A stretch of DNA of 64,000 nt from an uncultured Gemmatimonadaceae bacterium (GTDB lineage Bacteria > Gemmatimonadota > Gemmatimonadetes > Gemmatimonadales > Gemmatimonadaceae), in assembly GCA_964577965.1 (NCBI GenBank), contig CAZOAT010000002.1:4698-68697 (forward strand), read 5' to 3'. A program made the translations under genes and the position numbers. The notes under the pieces are model-generated. The model did no database searches. It had not been told where the DNA came from and saw only the letters and a program-made list of their open reading frames with translations. Position 1 is the stretch's first letter. Every line of letters begins with the position of its first letter. Below, one piece after another: positions 38,024-49,247 of this stretch.

Positions 38024-38076
38024 TCGCGATCTCCGGTTCTGGCGACCCCGAGCAACGCACGCTTCGCGCCAGTCAG

Positions 38077-40041
38077 TTAACCCTCCTTATCCTCGTACTG
38101 TTCCTTCAGCGCGGCTACCACGTTCGGATCGGCGAGCGTCGTCGTGTCCCCGAGGGCCCGCCCTTCGGCGACATCCCGCAGCAGCCGGCGCATGATCTTC
38201 CCCGACCTGGTCTTGGGCAGGTCTGCGGAGAAGAGTATGTCGTCGGGGCGCGCTATGGCGCCGATCTTTTCGGCTACGAAGTCGCGCAGCTCGTCGCGCA
38301 GCGCGGGACTCGGTTGACGGCCTTCCCGCAGCGTCACGAACGCGGCGACTGCCTGCCCCTTCAGCTCATGCTCCTTGCCGACGACAGCCGCTTCCGCAAC
38401 GGCCGGATGCTCTACCAGCGCGGACTCCACCTCCATCGTGCCGATCCGGTGGCCGGCCACGTTGAGTACGTCGTCCACCCGCCCGAGTATCCAGTAGTAG
38501 CCGTCGTCGTCGCGCTTCGCGCCGTCGCCGGGGAAGTAGAGATCGGGCCGGTCAGGCCACTTCGTGAAGTATGTCTCCACGTATCGATCGGGATCGCCCC
38601 AGATCGTGCGAAGCATCGACGGCCAGGGTTTCGTCAGGGCCAGGAGGCCACCACCGACCGGGATCACTTCGCCGGTGCTGTCCAGCAACTCGGCGAAATA
38701 CCCTGGGAGTGGCTTTGTGGCACTGCCCGGCTTGGTCTCGGTGATCCCCGGCAGCGGAGAGATCACGATCGCCCCCGTCTCCGTCTGCCACCACGTGTCC
38801 ACGATCGGGCAGCGATTGCCCCCGATGTGCTCCTGGTACCACATCCATGCTTCAGGGTTGATCGGCTCCCCCACCGAGCCGAGCAGACGGAGTCGCGAAA
38901 GGTCGTGCTTCGCGGGATGCTCCTTCCCCCACTTCATGAAGGCGCGGATCGCGGTCGGCGCTGTGTACAGGATGGTCACGCCGTGCCGTTCGCAGATGTC
39001 CCAGAAGCGGTCCTTCTCGGGCCAGTCAGGTGCGCCCTCGTACATCACGCACGTGGCGCCGCAGGCGAGCGGCCCATACACGATGTAAGAATGGCCGGTC
39101 ACCCAGCCCACGTCCGCTGTGCACCAGAAGACGTCCTCGTCGCGCAGATCGAAGACCATCTTCGTCGTCGCCGCCACACCGGTGAGGTAGCCGGCGGTCG
39201 TGTGCACGATCCCTTTCGGCTTGCCGGTAGTTCCTGAGGTGTAGAGGATGTACAGGACGTCTTCGGCGTCCATCGCCTCGGGCTCGCAGCCTATCTTCGC
39301 CGTGCGCATCAGGCGGTGCCACCAGTGGTCGCGCCCTTCCTGCATCTCGGCGAATGCTTCGTCGCCCTCAGCGCCCGCGCGCCTGCGAACGACCACCACG
39401 TTCTCGATTGACGGGCATTCCGCGACGGCGCGATCGGCGTTGCGCTTGAGCGGGACAACCTGACCACGGCGGTAACCGCCGTCGGCGGTGATCAGAAGCT
39501 TGCATTCCGCATCGTTGATCCGATCACGCAGCGACTCAGGAGAGAAGCCACCGAACACGACCGAGTGGATCGCGCCAATCCGTGCGCAGGCGAGCATCGA
39601 GATCGCCGCTTCGGGGATGAGCGGAAGGTAGATCGCAACGCGGTCGCCGCGTTTCACGCCGAGCGAGCGCAGCACGTTGGCGAACTTGGTGACCTCGACG
39701 TACAGCTCCCAGTAAGTGAGAGTTCGGCGGTCTCCCGGCTCTCCTTCCCAGACAAGGGCTGCCTTGTTGCGGCTGGCAGACCGGATGTGCCGGTCCACGC
39801 AGTTCACCGCCACATTCAGTGTTCCGCCGGTGAACCACTTCGCGTGCGGAGGCTCCCATTCGAGCGCCGTCTTCCACGGGGTGATCCACTCGAGCTCGCC
39901 AGCGCGCTCTGCCCAGAAGCTCTCGAAGTCATTCGCGGCGGTCTCGTATACGGCCGGCTCGCGAAACTGAGCCGAAGCGCGGAAATCCTCGGGCGGGGGA
40001 AACTTCCGGTGTTCCTGGAGGAGGACGTCAATATCAGCCAT
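38077..40041 (-). CDS. acs: Acetyl-CoA synthetase
   Basis: 654 aa. AMP-binding motif [11 protein letters not shown] and C-terminal [11 protein letters not shown]. Confidence 0.95.
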   Translation of the reverse strand: MADIDVLLQEHRKFPPPEDFRASAQFREPAVYETAANDFESFWAERAGELEWITPWKTALEWEPPHAKWFTGGTLNVAVNCVDRHIRSASRNKAALVWEGEPGDRRTLTYWELYVEVTKFANVLRSLGVKRGDRVAIYLPLIPEAAISMLACARIGAIHSVVFGGFSPESLRDRINDAECKLLITADGGYRRGQVVPLKRNADRAVAECPSIENVVVVRRRAGAEGDEAFAEMQEGRDHWWHRLMRTAKIGCEPEAMDAEDVLYILYTSGTTGKPKGIVHTTAGYLTGVAATTKMVFDLRDEDVFWCTADVGWVTGHSYIVYGPLACGATCVMYEGAPDWPEKDRFWDICERHGVTILYTAPTAIRAFMKWGKEHPAKHDLSRLRLLGSVGEPINPEAWMWYQEHIGGNRCPIVDTWWQTETGAIVISPLPGITETKPGSATKPLPGYFAELLDSTGEVIPVGGGLLALTKPWPSMLRTIWGDPDRYVETYFTKWPDRPDLYFPGDGAKRDDDGYYWILGRVDDVLNVAGHRIGTMEVESALVEHPAVAEAAVVGKEHELKGQAVAAFVTLREGRQPSPALRDELRDFVAEKIGAIARPDDILFSADLPKTRSGKIMRRLLRDVAEGRALGDTTTLADPNVVAALKEQYEDKEG

Positions 40042-40202
40042 GACCTAATCTGGCCACTCAGGAGGGGTGGGGGAATCGGGCGCACTGCACAACTCTCCGG
40101 TTGCGGCTGGATCCGAGCTGCTGCCTGCGGGGCGTGAGCCCGAATGCTCTCACAGCCTTACTTTCCTTCTGAATACCAACCGCGAATAAGAGGGAGGGAC
40201 TG

Positions 40203-40778
40203 ATGAAGCTGCGGTATCTCGGTTTGGCGCTCGTTGCCGGCGCTTGTGCGACCACCAGCTCGCTGCCGATTGCGAGCGAGCAGGATACGTTCTGGCGTAA
40301 TCTGGCGTCGCTGTGCGGCCAGGCGTTCGAGGGACGCATTGTGCACTCATCGCCGGGCGACACTTCCATGGCGAACCAGCGCCTCGTGATGCACGTACGC
40401 GAGTGCTCCGATGAGGAGATCCGCGTCCCCTTCCACGTGGGCGATGACCGCTCGCGGGAGTGGGTTTTCACGCGCACAAACACCGGGCTCCGCCTGAAGC
40501 ACGATCACCGGCACGAGGATGGACAGCCGGACAGCGTCACGATGTATGGCGGCGATACGCGCGCGCGGGGCGAGAGCTGGAGACAGAGCTTTCCCGCTGA
40601 CGCGCATACCGCGTCGATGAACCCGCTCTATCAGACGAACGTCTGGACAGTGGAGCTGCGTCCCGGGCAGAGCTACATCTACGATCTGGAACGGATCGGC
40701 ACCGACAGGCGCTTTCGCGTCGACTTCGATCTCACGCGTCCGGTTGCGGCACCTCTACCGCCGTGGCGAGTGCAGTGA
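40203..40778 (+). CDS. Lipoprotein, unknown function
   Basis: MKLRYLGLALVAGACATT is a signal peptide with lipobox LVAGAC. Confidence 0.6.
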   Translation: MKLRYLGLALVAGACATTSSLPIASEQDTFWRNLASLCGQAFEGRIVHSSPGDTSMANQRLVMHVRECSDEEIRVPFHVGDDRSREWVFTRTNTGLRLKHDHRHEDGQPDSVTMYGGDTRARGESWRQSFPADAHTASMNPLYQTNVWTVELRPGQSYIYDLERIGTDRRFRVDFDLTRPVAAPLPPWRVQ

Positions 40779-41932
40779 CACCGCCCTCTGCTGCGGTCCA
40801 TGGGACCGCGGAGGCGACGCCGGCGAGCGTGACGGATCCGGTCAACGCGAGAATTCTCGCGGTCTCGGAGGACCGCCTCGCAGGTTTCGTCGAGGAGCCG
40901 TTCGCCGAGATCGCGCGGCTGGTGGAAATCGAGGAAAGCGTAGTGCTCGAGCGGTTGCGGGCGATGCATGCCGCTGGAACGATCCGTCGCATCCGCCAGA
41001 CGCTGATGGCGAACAATCTCGCACCCGGTGCACTGGTCGCGTGGCGCGTTCCTCCCGATCTGCTCGATGCAGCGTTTGAGTTCATGGTCCGGGAGGATCC
41101 GTTCTCGGGACACGTTGTGATCCGCTCCACCGACGCGGAAACGCCTGGCTCGGCGTACCGCCTGTGGACCACGCTGAAGGTTCCGCAGGGGTTCTCGGTC
41201 GAACGACATTGTGAGTTGCTGCGCGACTGGATCGGGGCGGAGGCGTTCCGTGTGATGCCGGCGAAGAAGCTGTTCACCCTGGGCGTAGGACACGTGCGCA
41301 GGCGCGACGTGGCGCCCGGCAGCCGGAGCGACGTGCCGGGCGCCGTGCTGAGCACTGACGTGCAGCAGCTCACACCGCTGGAGTGGCGGGTGCTCGAACC
41401 GCTCAAGCGGGAATTCACGGAGGACGAGATCGCGCCCGGGCCCTGGGCGCGAAGAGCAGCGGAAGCAGGGCTCACACTCGGCGAATTCGCCGACGCCGCG
41501 CGCGGCCTGCAGAGCCGCGGTGTGCTGGGGAGGTTCTCCACCTTCCTCGAGCATGTGAAGCCGACGGCCGGCGGAGTGCGCGTGACCCGGTACAATGCGC
41601 TGTTCCACTGGCGGGTTCCCGAGGGTCGCGAGATCGACGCCGGTCGCGAGGTGGGCCGCCACCACATCATCACGCACGCGTACTGGCGGGAAGGAGGGCC
41701 CGAGTTCGCCAATGTCAACGTGATGGCGGTGGCGCACGGGATGGAGAAACCGGCGGTGCTGGAGCACAAGGCAGCAATTGACGCACACCTGGCCGAAGCC
41801 TCGATCCCCGTCCTGTACACCAACGTCTTCTGGGGCGGACGGAGCGAGATAAAGCCCTCCGAGATCCTTCCGTCGGAGTACGAGCGGTGGTGCGGCGCAC
41901 AGGGCGTTGATCCGGACGCCATGCGTGGCTAA
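40775..41932 (+). CDS. Fused siroheme decarboxylase-like protein (NirDL / AhbAB-type, two AsnC-like halves)
   Basis: Two tandem halves, each with the family pattern. Half 1: GTIRRIRQTLMANNLAPGALVAWRVP...YRLWTTLKVP. Half 2: GVLGRFSTFLEH...YNALFHWRVP. The GTG at 40775 gives a GTGA overlap; the ATG at 40763 is an alternative. Confidence 0.65.
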   Translation: MTPPSAAVHGTAEATPASVTDPVNARILAVSEDRLAGFVEEPFAEIARLVEIEESVVLERLRAMHAAGTIRRIRQTLMANNLAPGALVAWRVPPDLLDAAFEFMVREDPFSGHVVIRSTDAETPGSAYRLWTTLKVPQGFSVERHCELLRDWIGAEAFRVMPAKKLFTLGVGHVRRRDVAPGSRSDVPGAVLSTDVQQLTPLEWRVLEPLKREFTEDEIAPGPWARRAAEAGLTLGEFADAARGLQSRGVLGRFSTFLEHVKPTAGGVRVTRYNALFHWRVPEGREIDAGREVGRHHIITHAYWREGGPEFANVNVMAVAHGMEKPAVLEHKAAIDAHLAEASIPVLYTNVFWGGRSEIKPSEILPSEYERWCGAQGVDPDAMRG

Positions 41933-43448
41933 CGGTGTCGTGTTTCTCGTCGGTGCGGGTCCTGGTGATCCGGGCCTGCTCACGGTGCGCGCCCGTGAGC
42001 TGATCGACAGTGCCGACGTGATCGTGTACGACGCGCTCGTGCCGATGGAGATCATCAGCGACGCCGGAGAAGGCCCGTCGCCGCCGGAGCTTTACTACGT
42101 CGGGAAGCGTGGCGGCGACAAACGTTCCGCATCGCAGTCAGACATCTGCGCACTGCTTGTGGAGCTGGCCAGACAGGGGAAGCGCGTCGTCCGGCTGAAG
42201 GGCGGCGATCCATTCGTCTTTGGCCGTGGCGGAGAGGAAGCGCAGGCGCTGTTCGATGCCGATGTCCCCTTCGAGGTCGTTCCGGGTGTGACAGCTGGAA
42301 TAGCTGCACCCGCGTATGCGGGGATTCCGGTGACCCACCGCGGCCGATCAACGTCGGTGACGCTCGTGACCGGGCATGAGGATCCCGGGAAAGGTGGCGG
42401 GCAGACTGACTGGGGCGCGCTCGCGCGGCTCGCCGGCAGCGGCGGTACGGTCGTAGTGTACATGGGTGCAAAGACGCTGCCGACGGTAGTGCGGTCGCTT
42501 CTTGCTGGCGGGCTGGATCCGCACGTACCGGCTGCTGCTGTATCGCGCGGAACCCACAGCCGGCAGCAGACAGTAGTCGCCACAGCCGGGACCATTGTGG
42601 ACGAAATAGCCCGGTCCGGGGCGACAGCCCCGATGGTTGTCGTCTTCGGCTGGACCGTTCCTCTCCGCGACGAGCTCGCGTGGGTCGAGCAGCGGCCGTT
42701 GTTCGGCAAGACTGTCGTCGTCACGCGCGCCACGCAGCAGGCGGGTACGCTCAGCCGTCAGCTTCGCGAGACGGGCGCACGGGTGATGGAGATGCCTGCG
42801 ACAAAAGTTGCGCGTCTCGACAGCGCGGGACTGCAAACCGCCATCGCCCGGCTGCAGGAATATCAGTGGGTCGTGTTCACCAGTCAGAATGCAGTCAACA
42901 TTTTCTGGGAGCAGTTGCTGGCGGCGTCGCGCGACGCCCGCGCTCTCGCTGGAATCCGGGTCGCGGCAGTCGGGCCCGGGACGGCCGGCGCGCTGCTCTC
43001 GCACGGGATTATCGTGGACGTGGTGCCGGAGAGGTTCGTCGCCGAAGGGCTGCTTGACGCGCTGCGCGAACGGAGCGGGGTGGAAGAGGCGAACGTGCTG
43101 TACGTGACCGCCGAGGGCGCACGCGACGTGCTGCGCCCGGGACTGGAAGAGCTCGGGGCCCGTGTGGAGGTGGTGCAGGCGTATCGGTCCGTTCGTGACG
43201 GGCGCGGCGCCGAACGGCTCCGTCGCGAGCTGGAGCGCGGCGGCATCAGCTACGTAACGGTGACCTCCGCGTCAGCGGTGAAGGCTTTCGTGGAGCTCGT
43301 CGGGGAAGAGGCGGCGCGCAGGGCGCGACTGGTGTCGATCGGTCCCGTAACGAGCTCCGCCGCGCGGGAAGCAGGGCTGGACGTGGTCGCCGAAGCGGAG
43401 GAGGCCACGATGGACTCGCTCGTCCGGGCACTCACACGCGCCGGGTAG
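41907..43448 (+). CDS. cobA-hemD: Uroporphyrinogen-III C-methyltransferase fused to uroporphyrinogen-III synthase
   Basis: N-terminal half has VFLVGAGPGDPGLLT and GGDPFVFGRGGEE. The C-terminal 260 aa are HemD-like (two Rossmann-like repeats). The start could also be the GTG at 41925 or 41940. Confidence 0.85.
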   Translation: MIRTPCVANGVVFLVGAGPGDPGLLTVRARELIDSADVIVYDALVPMEIISDAGEGPSPPELYYVGKRGGDKRSASQSDICALLVELARQGKRVVRLKGGDPFVFGRGGEEAQALFDADVPFEVVPGVTAGIAAPAYAGIPVTHRGRSTSVTLVTGHEDPGKGGGQTDWGALARLAGSGGTVVVYMGAKTLPTVVRSLLAGGLDPHVPAAAVSRGTHSRQQTVVATAGTIVDEIARSGATAPMVVVFGWTVPLRDELAWVEQRPLFGKTVVVTRATQQAGTLSRQLRETGARVMEMPATKVARLDSAGLQTAIARLQEYQWVVFTSQNAVNIFWEQLLAASRDARALAGIRVAAVGPGTAGALLSHGIIVDVVPERFVAEGLLDALRERSGVEEANVLYVTAEGARDVLRPGLEELGARVEVVQAYRSVRDGRGAERLRRELERGGISYVTVTSASAVKAFVELVGEEAARRARLVSIGPVTSSAAREAGLDVVAEAEEATMDSLVRALTRAG

Positions 43449-43479
43449 CAGCGTCGGCTCATCAACAGCTGCTTGCGGC

Positions 43480-44427
43480 GTGATCCGCATCGGCACACGT
43501 GCGTCCGATCTGGCCGTCCTGCAGGCCCGAATTGTCGAGCGCGGTCTGGTCGCGTCCGGAGCCGAATGCGAGCTGGTCACCATCCGCACGACCGGTGACA
43601 AGCGCAATGCAGAGCCATTCGCCGAGCTTGGAGCGAAGGGGCTGTTCACGAAGGAGCTCGAGACCGCGCTGCTCCGAAAGAAGGTCGATTGCTGCGTGCA
43701 CTCGCTGAAGGACCTGCCCACCGCCCCCGCCGACGGGCTGGAGATTGCCGTCATCCTGGAGCGCGCAGATCCCCGTGATGCACTGGTCGTCGCGCACGTA
43801 ACACAGGCGTCGAGTCTGGCTGAGCTTCCCGCCGGATCGAGGGTGGGAACGTCCAGTCTTCGCCGGCGGTCGCTCCTCCGCAACGTGCGAGCTGACCTGG
43901 AAGCCGTGGAGTTGCGTGGCAACGTCCCGACGCGGTTGAAGAAGCTCGACTCGGGTACCGTGCACGCCGCGATTCTCGCCGCGGCCGGGCTGATCAGGCT
44001 GGGCGCGCAGCAACGGATCGCGGAGTGGCTCGATCCTCCAGAATGGCTACCGGCACCCGGACAGGGAGCCATTGCCGTGCAGGTGCGCTCAGGCGACAGC
44101 CGCACGCGCGACCTGCTTCAGAGTCTGCATCATGTCCCAACGGATATCGCGGTGCGCGCTGAGCGCTCCCTCCTGGCCGGTCTGGAGGGCGGCTGCCAGG
44201 TGCCGATCGGCGCGCTCGCCATGCAGATGCGGGACGGCCTCACGTTGCATGCTTTCATCTCGGATCTGCACGGCCGGCAGCTGCTGCGCGGCTCGACGAT
44301 AGTGGACGAGCGCGATCCTGAGCGCGCGGGTGCGGCGCTCGCGGCGGACCTTCGGGCGCGTGGTGCCGGGTCGCTCCTGGCCGAGTTGCGTGGCGCGGAC
44401 CAGGTGCCCGCCCCGCAACCGGAGTAG
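43480..44427 (+). CDS. hemC: Hydroxymethylbilane synthase (porphobilinogen deaminase)
   Basis: [16 protein letters not shown]-terminus and cofactor Cys context [10 protein letters not shown]. Confidence 0.9.
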   Translation: MIRIGTRASDLAVLQARIVERGLVASGAECELVTIRTTGDKRNAEPFAELGAKGLFTKELETALLRKKVDCCVHSLKDLPTAPADGLEIAVILERADPRDALVVAHVTQASSLAELPAGSRVGTSSLRRRSLLRNVRADLEAVELRGNVPTRLKKLDSGTVHAAILAAAGLIRLGAQQRIAEWLDPPEWLPAPGQGAIAVQVRSGDSRTRDLLQSLHHVPTDIAVRAERSLLAGLEGGCQVPIGALAMQMRDGLTLHAFISDLHGRQLLRGSTIVDERDPERAGAALAADLRARGAGSLLAELRGADQVPAPQPE

Positions 44428-44437
44428 TTTTTCGCCG

Positions 44438-45448
44438 ATGTCCGAGTTTCCACTCTCGAGACCACGGCGGCTCCGGCGCACCGCGCCACTGCGCGCGCTG
44501 TTCCGCGAGACCCGACTGTCTCCAGGCCAGCTCGTGCTGCCCCTTTTTGTTCGCACGGGGAACGGGGTTCGTCGCGAGGTGGCTTCGATGCCGGGGGTGG
44601 CTCAGACATCGGTGGACGAGATGATGCGCGATGCTGAAAGCGCCGCGCGCGCCGGATTGGGTGGTGTGATGCTTTTCGGCGTCCCTGATTCGAAGGACGC
44701 CACCGGTACGGGTGCCTGGGACGAGCAGGGCGCTGTGCAGCAGGCGGCACGGGCGCTGAAGAGCGAGTTCCCCGGGCTCGTGGTAATGACCGACGTGTGC
44801 ATGTGCGAGTACACCGATCACGGCCACTGCGGAGTGCTGCGTGACGGAGAGGTGGATAACGACGCCACGCTCGAGCTGCTGGCGCGAACGGCCGTATCGC
44901 AGGCAGCAGCCGGTGCGGACGTCGTCGCGCCAAGCGACATGATGGATGGCCGGGTGCTGGCCATCCGCGAGGCGCTCGACGATGCCGATCTTGGAAGCAC
45001 CGTGGTGCTGAGCTATGCGGTGAAGTACGCGTCTGCTTTCTATGGTCCGTTCCGGGAGGCCGCCGAGTCAGCGCCCCGGTCCGGCGATCGAAGGGCATAT
45101 CAGATGGATTCTGCCAACTCGGACGAGGCGATCCGGGAGGTTCTGACGGACATCGGTGAGGGCGCGGACGCCGTGATGGTCAAACCGGCTGGTCCGTGCC
45201 TCGACATTATCTCTCGCGTGCGCCGCGAGATAAGCTTCCCGCTGGCCGCTTACCAGGTGAGCGGAGAGTACGCCATGATGCAGGCCGCAGCAGCCCGCGG
45301 CTGGCTTGAGCTGGAGAAGGTGATGATAGAGTCTCTGTTGGCGATCCGCCGCGCGGGCGCCGACGTGATCGTGACGTACTTTGCCCGTGAAGCAGCAGGA
45401 TTCCTCACCGAAGGCATGGACCGCGACCCCAAACCCGATCCCTCATGA
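44438..45448 (+). CDS. hemB: Porphobilinogen synthase (delta-aminolevulinate dehydratase), Zn-type
   Basis: Trimmed to [15 protein letters not shown]. Cys-rich metal site [12 protein letters not shown] and Schiff-base Lys in VMVKPA. Confidence 0.9.
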   Translation: MSEFPLSRPRRLRRTAPLRALFRETRLSPGQLVLPLFVRTGNGVRREVASMPGVAQTSVDEMMRDAESAARAGLGGVMLFGVPDSKDATGTGAWDEQGAVQQAARALKSEFPGLVVMTDVCMCEYTDHGHCGVLRDGEVDNDATLELLARTAVSQAAAGADVVAPSDMMDGRVLAIREALDDADLGSTVVLSYAVKYASAFYGPFREAAESAPRSGDRRAYQMDSANSDEAIREVLTDIGEGADAVMVKPAGPCLDIISRVRREISFPLAAYQVSGEYAMMQAAAARGWLELEKVMIESLLAIRRAGADVIVTYFAREAAGFLTEGMDRDPKPDPS

Positions 45449-47055
45449 CAGCGCCGCAGCCAGCGAGCCACACCGACGAAATGAAGCCCCACGGACGCGT
45501 CGCACGGTTCATCGATCTGGTCGAACGGGGGGGGAACAGGCTCCCGGACCCGATCACTCTCTTCGTTCTGCTCGCCGTGATGGTCGTGGTGATCTCGTGG
45601 ATTGCGGCGAGAGCAGGCGTGACGGCGGTGCACCCGGCAACGGGTGAGGCCGTCGGAGTTGTGAACCTCATGTCGTTCGAGGGACTGCGCCGCATGCTGA
45701 CTGGCGCCGTCGGCAACTTCACCGCATTCCCGCCACTCGGTCTGGTCATCGTCGTCATCATCGGCATCGCCGTAACGGAACGCAGCGGGCTGATAGGCGT
45801 GGCGTTGAAGCGGCTAGTCACCGCGGTCCCTCCATCTCTGCTCACGATGACCGTCGTGTTCGCGGGGGTGATGAGCAGCATGGCGGTGGACGCGGGCTAC
45901 GTGGTGCTCGTGCCGCTTGGCGCGATGATTTTCGCGGCAGTCGGCCGGCATCCGCTGGCCGGTTTCGCGGCCGGTTTCGCCGGTGTCTCGGGTGGATTCA
46001 GCGCCAACCTGCTGATCACCTCCCTGGACCCGCTGCTCGCCGGAATCTCGACGGAGGCGGCGCGCCTGATCGATCCGGTTTATGAGGTCAACTCGACGGC
46101 GAACTACTACTTCATGATTGCGTCCGTGTTTCTGCTCACGGCGGTCGGTACGTGGGTCACGGCCAAGTTCGTGGAGCCGCGCCTTGGCAGGTGGGACAGC
46201 TCGCAGGCGGGTGAGTTGCTGCCGCCTGACACCGGCGCGATCACTGAGCAGCAGCGGAAGGGACTCTTCGCCGCGGGGATCGCCCTGGTCGCGATGCTGG
46301 CGCTGTTCGCCCTCATGGTCGTTCCGTCCGGCGCGCCCCTGCGGGACCCGGAGGCAGCAGGGGCGGAGTTCCTCGTGCAGCGCATCCGGCCGTTCTTCGA
46401 CAGTATCGTGACGCTGATAATGGTCATGTTCCTCGTCATCGGGCTTGCATACGGGATCGTGGCCGGCACCATCCGTTCTGACAGGGACGTGGCGCGCATG
46501 TCGTCGGAAGGGGTGGCGATTCTGGGGTCCTACATCGTGCTGGCGTTCGCCGCAGCACAGTTCATCGCGTACTTCAACTGGTCGAACCTTGGGCTGATAC
46601 TTGCAATCAATGGAGCGTCCGCGCTGCGGGCTGTGGGGTTCACCGGATTGCCGCTGCTTCTCTCGTTCGTGATCGTGGCGGGATTCATCAACCTGTTCAT
46701 CGGCAGCGCCTCCGCGAAATGGGCGGTGATGGCTCCCGTGTTCGTGCCGATGTTCATGCTGACCGGGTACTCGCCCGAAGTCGTGCAGGTCAGTTATCGC
46801 GTTGGTGACTCCGTCACGAACATCATCACGCCGCTCATGCTGTACTTTCCGGTCATACTCGTGTTCGCTCAGCGGTACGATCGCCGTGCGGGACTCGGAA
46901 CGATCGTCTCGCTGATGCTGCCGTATTCAGTGGCCTTCTTCATCGGGTGGATCGTCATGATGGCCATATGGCTGCTTGCGGGCTTTCCGCTCGGTCCGGG
47001 CGCTCCGGTGGACTACATACCTGGCGGCCTCACCGGCTCGCCCGCCGGGCCCTGA
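45445..47055 (+). CDS. AbgT-family transporter (p-aminobenzoyl-glutamate transporter family)
   Basis: 536 aa polytopic protein with the AbgT-type N-terminus ([19 protein letters not shown]). ATGA overlap with hemB. Confidence 0.8.
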   Translation: MTAPQPASHTDEMKPHGRVARFIDLVERGGNRLPDPITLFVLLAVMVVVISWIAARAGVTAVHPATGEAVGVVNLMSFEGLRRMLTGAVGNFTAFPPLGLVIVVIIGIAVTERSGLIGVALKRLVTAVPPSLLTMTVVFAGVMSSMAVDAGYVVLVPLGAMIFAAVGRHPLAGFAAGFAGVSGGFSANLLITSLDPLLAGISTEAARLIDPVYEVNSTANYYFMIASVFLLTAVGTWVTAKFVEPRLGRWDSSQAGELLPPDTGAITEQQRKGLFAAGIALVAMLALFALMVVPSGAPLRDPEAAGAEFLVQRIRPFFDSIVTLIMVMFLVIGLAYGIVAGTIRSDRDVARMSSEGVAILGSYIVLAFAAAQFIAYFNWSNLGLILAINGASALRAVGFTGLPLLLSFVIVAGFINLFIGSASAKWAVMAPVFVPMFMLTGYSPEVVQVSYRVGDSVTNIITPLMLYFPVILVFAQRYDRRAGLGTIVSLMLPYSVAFFIGWIVMMAIWLLAGFPLGPGAPVDYIPGGLTGSPAGP

Positions 47056-47072
47056 CGGTGTCGCAAGCCGCG

Positions 47073-47771
47073 ATGGCGCGAGCCGCCGCACCGCTGGCAG
47101 TTGTCGTCGCTGCCGTTGCGCTGGCGTGCGGTACTCAGCCGGAAGAGCGTGCACCTGGTGCCGATACCACTGCGCTGGTCGCACCGCCGCCGCCGGTTCC
47201 GGACGTCATCGCGATTCAGCACGACCGCGATTTCGAGCTCACGGGAGACACCATACCGGAGACGGTGCGTGTTCGCGGCACGGGCAACAGCTACGACTCG
47301 CTCGACGTGCGCCTCGAGGTACGGGCGCGTGATGGGACGGTTCTGTACGTGGATCGGTGGTCTTCACAGCTTTATTTCGTGTACGAGGATCGGGCGCAAT
47401 TTTCCGACGCAGAAGTCCTGCGCCGGGTGCGCGCACATCTGCAGCGGCTCGTGCACGACAGCTCCTACTTCGACCCGCGCTCTGGCAGGCAGCGCAGGCC
47501 GATCTTCCAGGTTGACCGGGATCACGTGGCATACTCGGTGGCCGAGCGTGACTGGCGCGACGAACATGGTGTTGCCGACACTACCCGGCTCGAGCCGGAG
47601 GCGCACAGCGAGATCCGTGCAGCAGACGCGTCAGCTGAGCGCGTCGCGGGTCTGGTCTCGGAGTTGAATATGGTACCGTCGTTCACGTATTACGCCGGAG
47701 GCGAGGCCAACTACACGATTGCGTGGAGCCCCTCCGAGCGCAGGTTTTTCACTGTCAGAGCATGCTGCTGA
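47073..47771 (+). CDS. Lipoprotein, unknown function
   Basis: Trimmed to MARAAAPLAVVVAAVALACGT (lipobox ALAC). No family recognised. Confidence 0.5.
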   Translation: MARAAAPLAVVVAAVALACGTQPEERAPGADTTALVAPPPPVPDVIAIQHDRDFELTGDTIPETVRVRGTGNSYDSLDVRLEVRARDGTVLYVDRWSSQLYFVYEDRAQFSDAEVLRRVRAHLQRLVHDSSYFDPRSGRQRRPIFQVDRDHVAYSVAERDWRDEHGVADTTRLEPEAHSEIRAADASAERVAGLVSELNMVPSFTYYAGGEANYTIAWSPSERRFFTVRACC

Positions 47772-47792
47772 GGATCGCGGCCGGGGTTTGAG

Positions 47793-48293
47793 ATGAGAGA
47801 GCAGGTTATGGATGGTGGACGCCGGAAGGCGACGTTCGCAGCAGGCTGCTTCTGGGGCGTCGAAGCGGCTTTTCGAAATACGGAGGGTGTGACCGGGACC
47901 AGGGTCGGCTACGCCGGCGGCCATACACAGAACCCGACCTACGAGCAGGTCTGCTCGGACACGACCGGTCATGCTGAAGCGGTGGAGGTCGAGTATGACC
48001 CTGTCCGCGTCAGCTACGAGGATCTTCTGAGGGTCTTCTGGGAGAACCACGACCCGACCCAGCGGAACAGGCAGGGCCCGGACGTGGGCTCGCAGTACCG
48101 ATCCGCTGTCTTCTGGCACGGCGACGACCAGCGCAGGACCGCGGAGCAGTCGAAAGCGGCAGAGGAAGCCTCGGGAAGACACTCCCGCGCGATCGTTACG
48201 GAGATCGTCGAGGCGACTCCGTTTTACGAGGCTGAGGACTACCATCAGCAGTATCTCGAGAAACGCGGACTGGCGACCTGTCGGATTCTCTGA
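47793..48293 (+). CDS. msrA: Peptide-methionine (S)-S-oxide reductase
   Basis: Active-site motif GCFWG, followed by GYAGG...NPTYEQVC. Confidence 0.9.
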   Translation: MREQVMDGGRRKATFAAGCFWGVEAAFRNTEGVTGTRVGYAGGHTQNPTYEQVCSDTTGHAEAVEVEYDPVRVSYEDLLRVFWENHDPTQRNRQGPDVGSQYRSAVFWHGDDQRRTAEQSKAAEEASGRHSRAIVTEIVEATPFYEAEDYHQQYLEKRGLATCRIL

Positions 48294-48405
48294 CCACGGA
48301 CGGCTCAGACCGCACAGAACCAGTCAGGACGGTGGGACGCGCCAATCGCTGGCACGCCTGTACCGGCCGCCGGCGCTACGGCCAGCGCCTTGCAAGTAAT
48401 GCAGC

Positions 48406-48882
48406 GTGACTCACTCGGGGGCCGCAATGCCGGACACGAACGACCACACGCGGGCAGCTGCGCCGGCGGTGGGGGATCGGCGGCACACCCGCGGGGGGAG
48501 CCTTGACGGCTTGACCGTACGGGACGCTGATCTGGAACCGAAGCGCGGCATCCGGTACGTCGCCTGGCTGTTCAAGACGATCGCCGTGCTGCTGCTGGCC
48601 GTTATGGTGACCGAGCTCGCTATCGCGCTCACCGACCCTGCTTCGGCCGGCGCAGGGATGCTCCTTGGCGAGTCAGTGAGGCTTCTGGCGCTTGCCGGAT
48701 TGCTCTGGGGCGCGGCCGATCTGGCGCTGATGCTCATCCAGTCGCACTATGACCTGAGGGCGACCCGGATTCTCCTGGCGCGGCAGAACGCGCTCATGGA
48801 GCGGGTGGCCGGCGCGCAGGAGGAGCCAGCCACGGCGACCGGGAAGGAGCCGGCGATGCATTTGCACCGGGAGGGGCGTTGA
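48406..48882 (+). CDS. Hypothetical membrane protein
   Basis: Two predicted TM helices (IAVLLLAVMVTELAIAL, LLALAGLLWGAADLALMLI). No family recognised. Confidence 0.45.
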   Translation: MTHSGAAMPDTNDHTRAAAPAVGDRRHTRGGSLDGLTVRDADLEPKRGIRYVAWLFKTIAVLLLAVMVTELAIALTDPASAGAGMLLGESVRLLALAGLLWGAADLALMLIQSHYDLRATRILLARQNALMERVAGAQEEPATATGKEPAMHLHREGR

Positions 48883-49148
48883 CTACGAGCAAGGAAACGA
48901 ACTGGATGGACCACCCGGTGCTGAGGCGCCTGGTCCATGAGATCAACGGCCTGTCCCTCGCCGAGCGGATCACGATCGTCAAAGGCCTTGTACCTGCGAT
49001 TGCCGACGAGCTATCGGACCGCGAATACGACGGCTTCGTGGAGGCCATACGGCTCAAGGGCGAGCGCTTCCACGAAGCGCAGTCGCATCCGGGCGAGGGT
49101 CGGTCGAGCAGGACCGTGCCGGGCGAGAGGGATCTCGAACGCCGGTAG
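48879..49148 (+). CDS. Hypothetical protein (89 aa)
   Basis: The ORF overlaps the upstream stop (TTGA). Helical, charged composition. No family recognised. Confidence 0.4.
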   Translation: MTTSKETNWMDHPVLRRLVHEINGLSLAERITIVKGLVPAIADELSDREYDGFVEAIRLKGERFHEAQSHPGEGRSSRTVPGERDLERR

Positions 49149-49247
49149 CGGAGGTCGGTTGCAGGGAGCGCCGACCCGGCGTATAGCTCTGTAACCGCCG
49201 GGCACCGTAAGCCGTAGGGTTACTCGTCCCTCAACTCCGGGTGACTC

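Noticed and set aside
40679-42055. 458-aa and 396-aa minus-strand ORFs opposite the siroheme-decarboxylase-like gene.
   Set aside because: Both are Arg/Ser/Pro-rich with no motifs. The plus-strand product shows a two-fold repeated family pattern and start/stop coupling with its neighbours.
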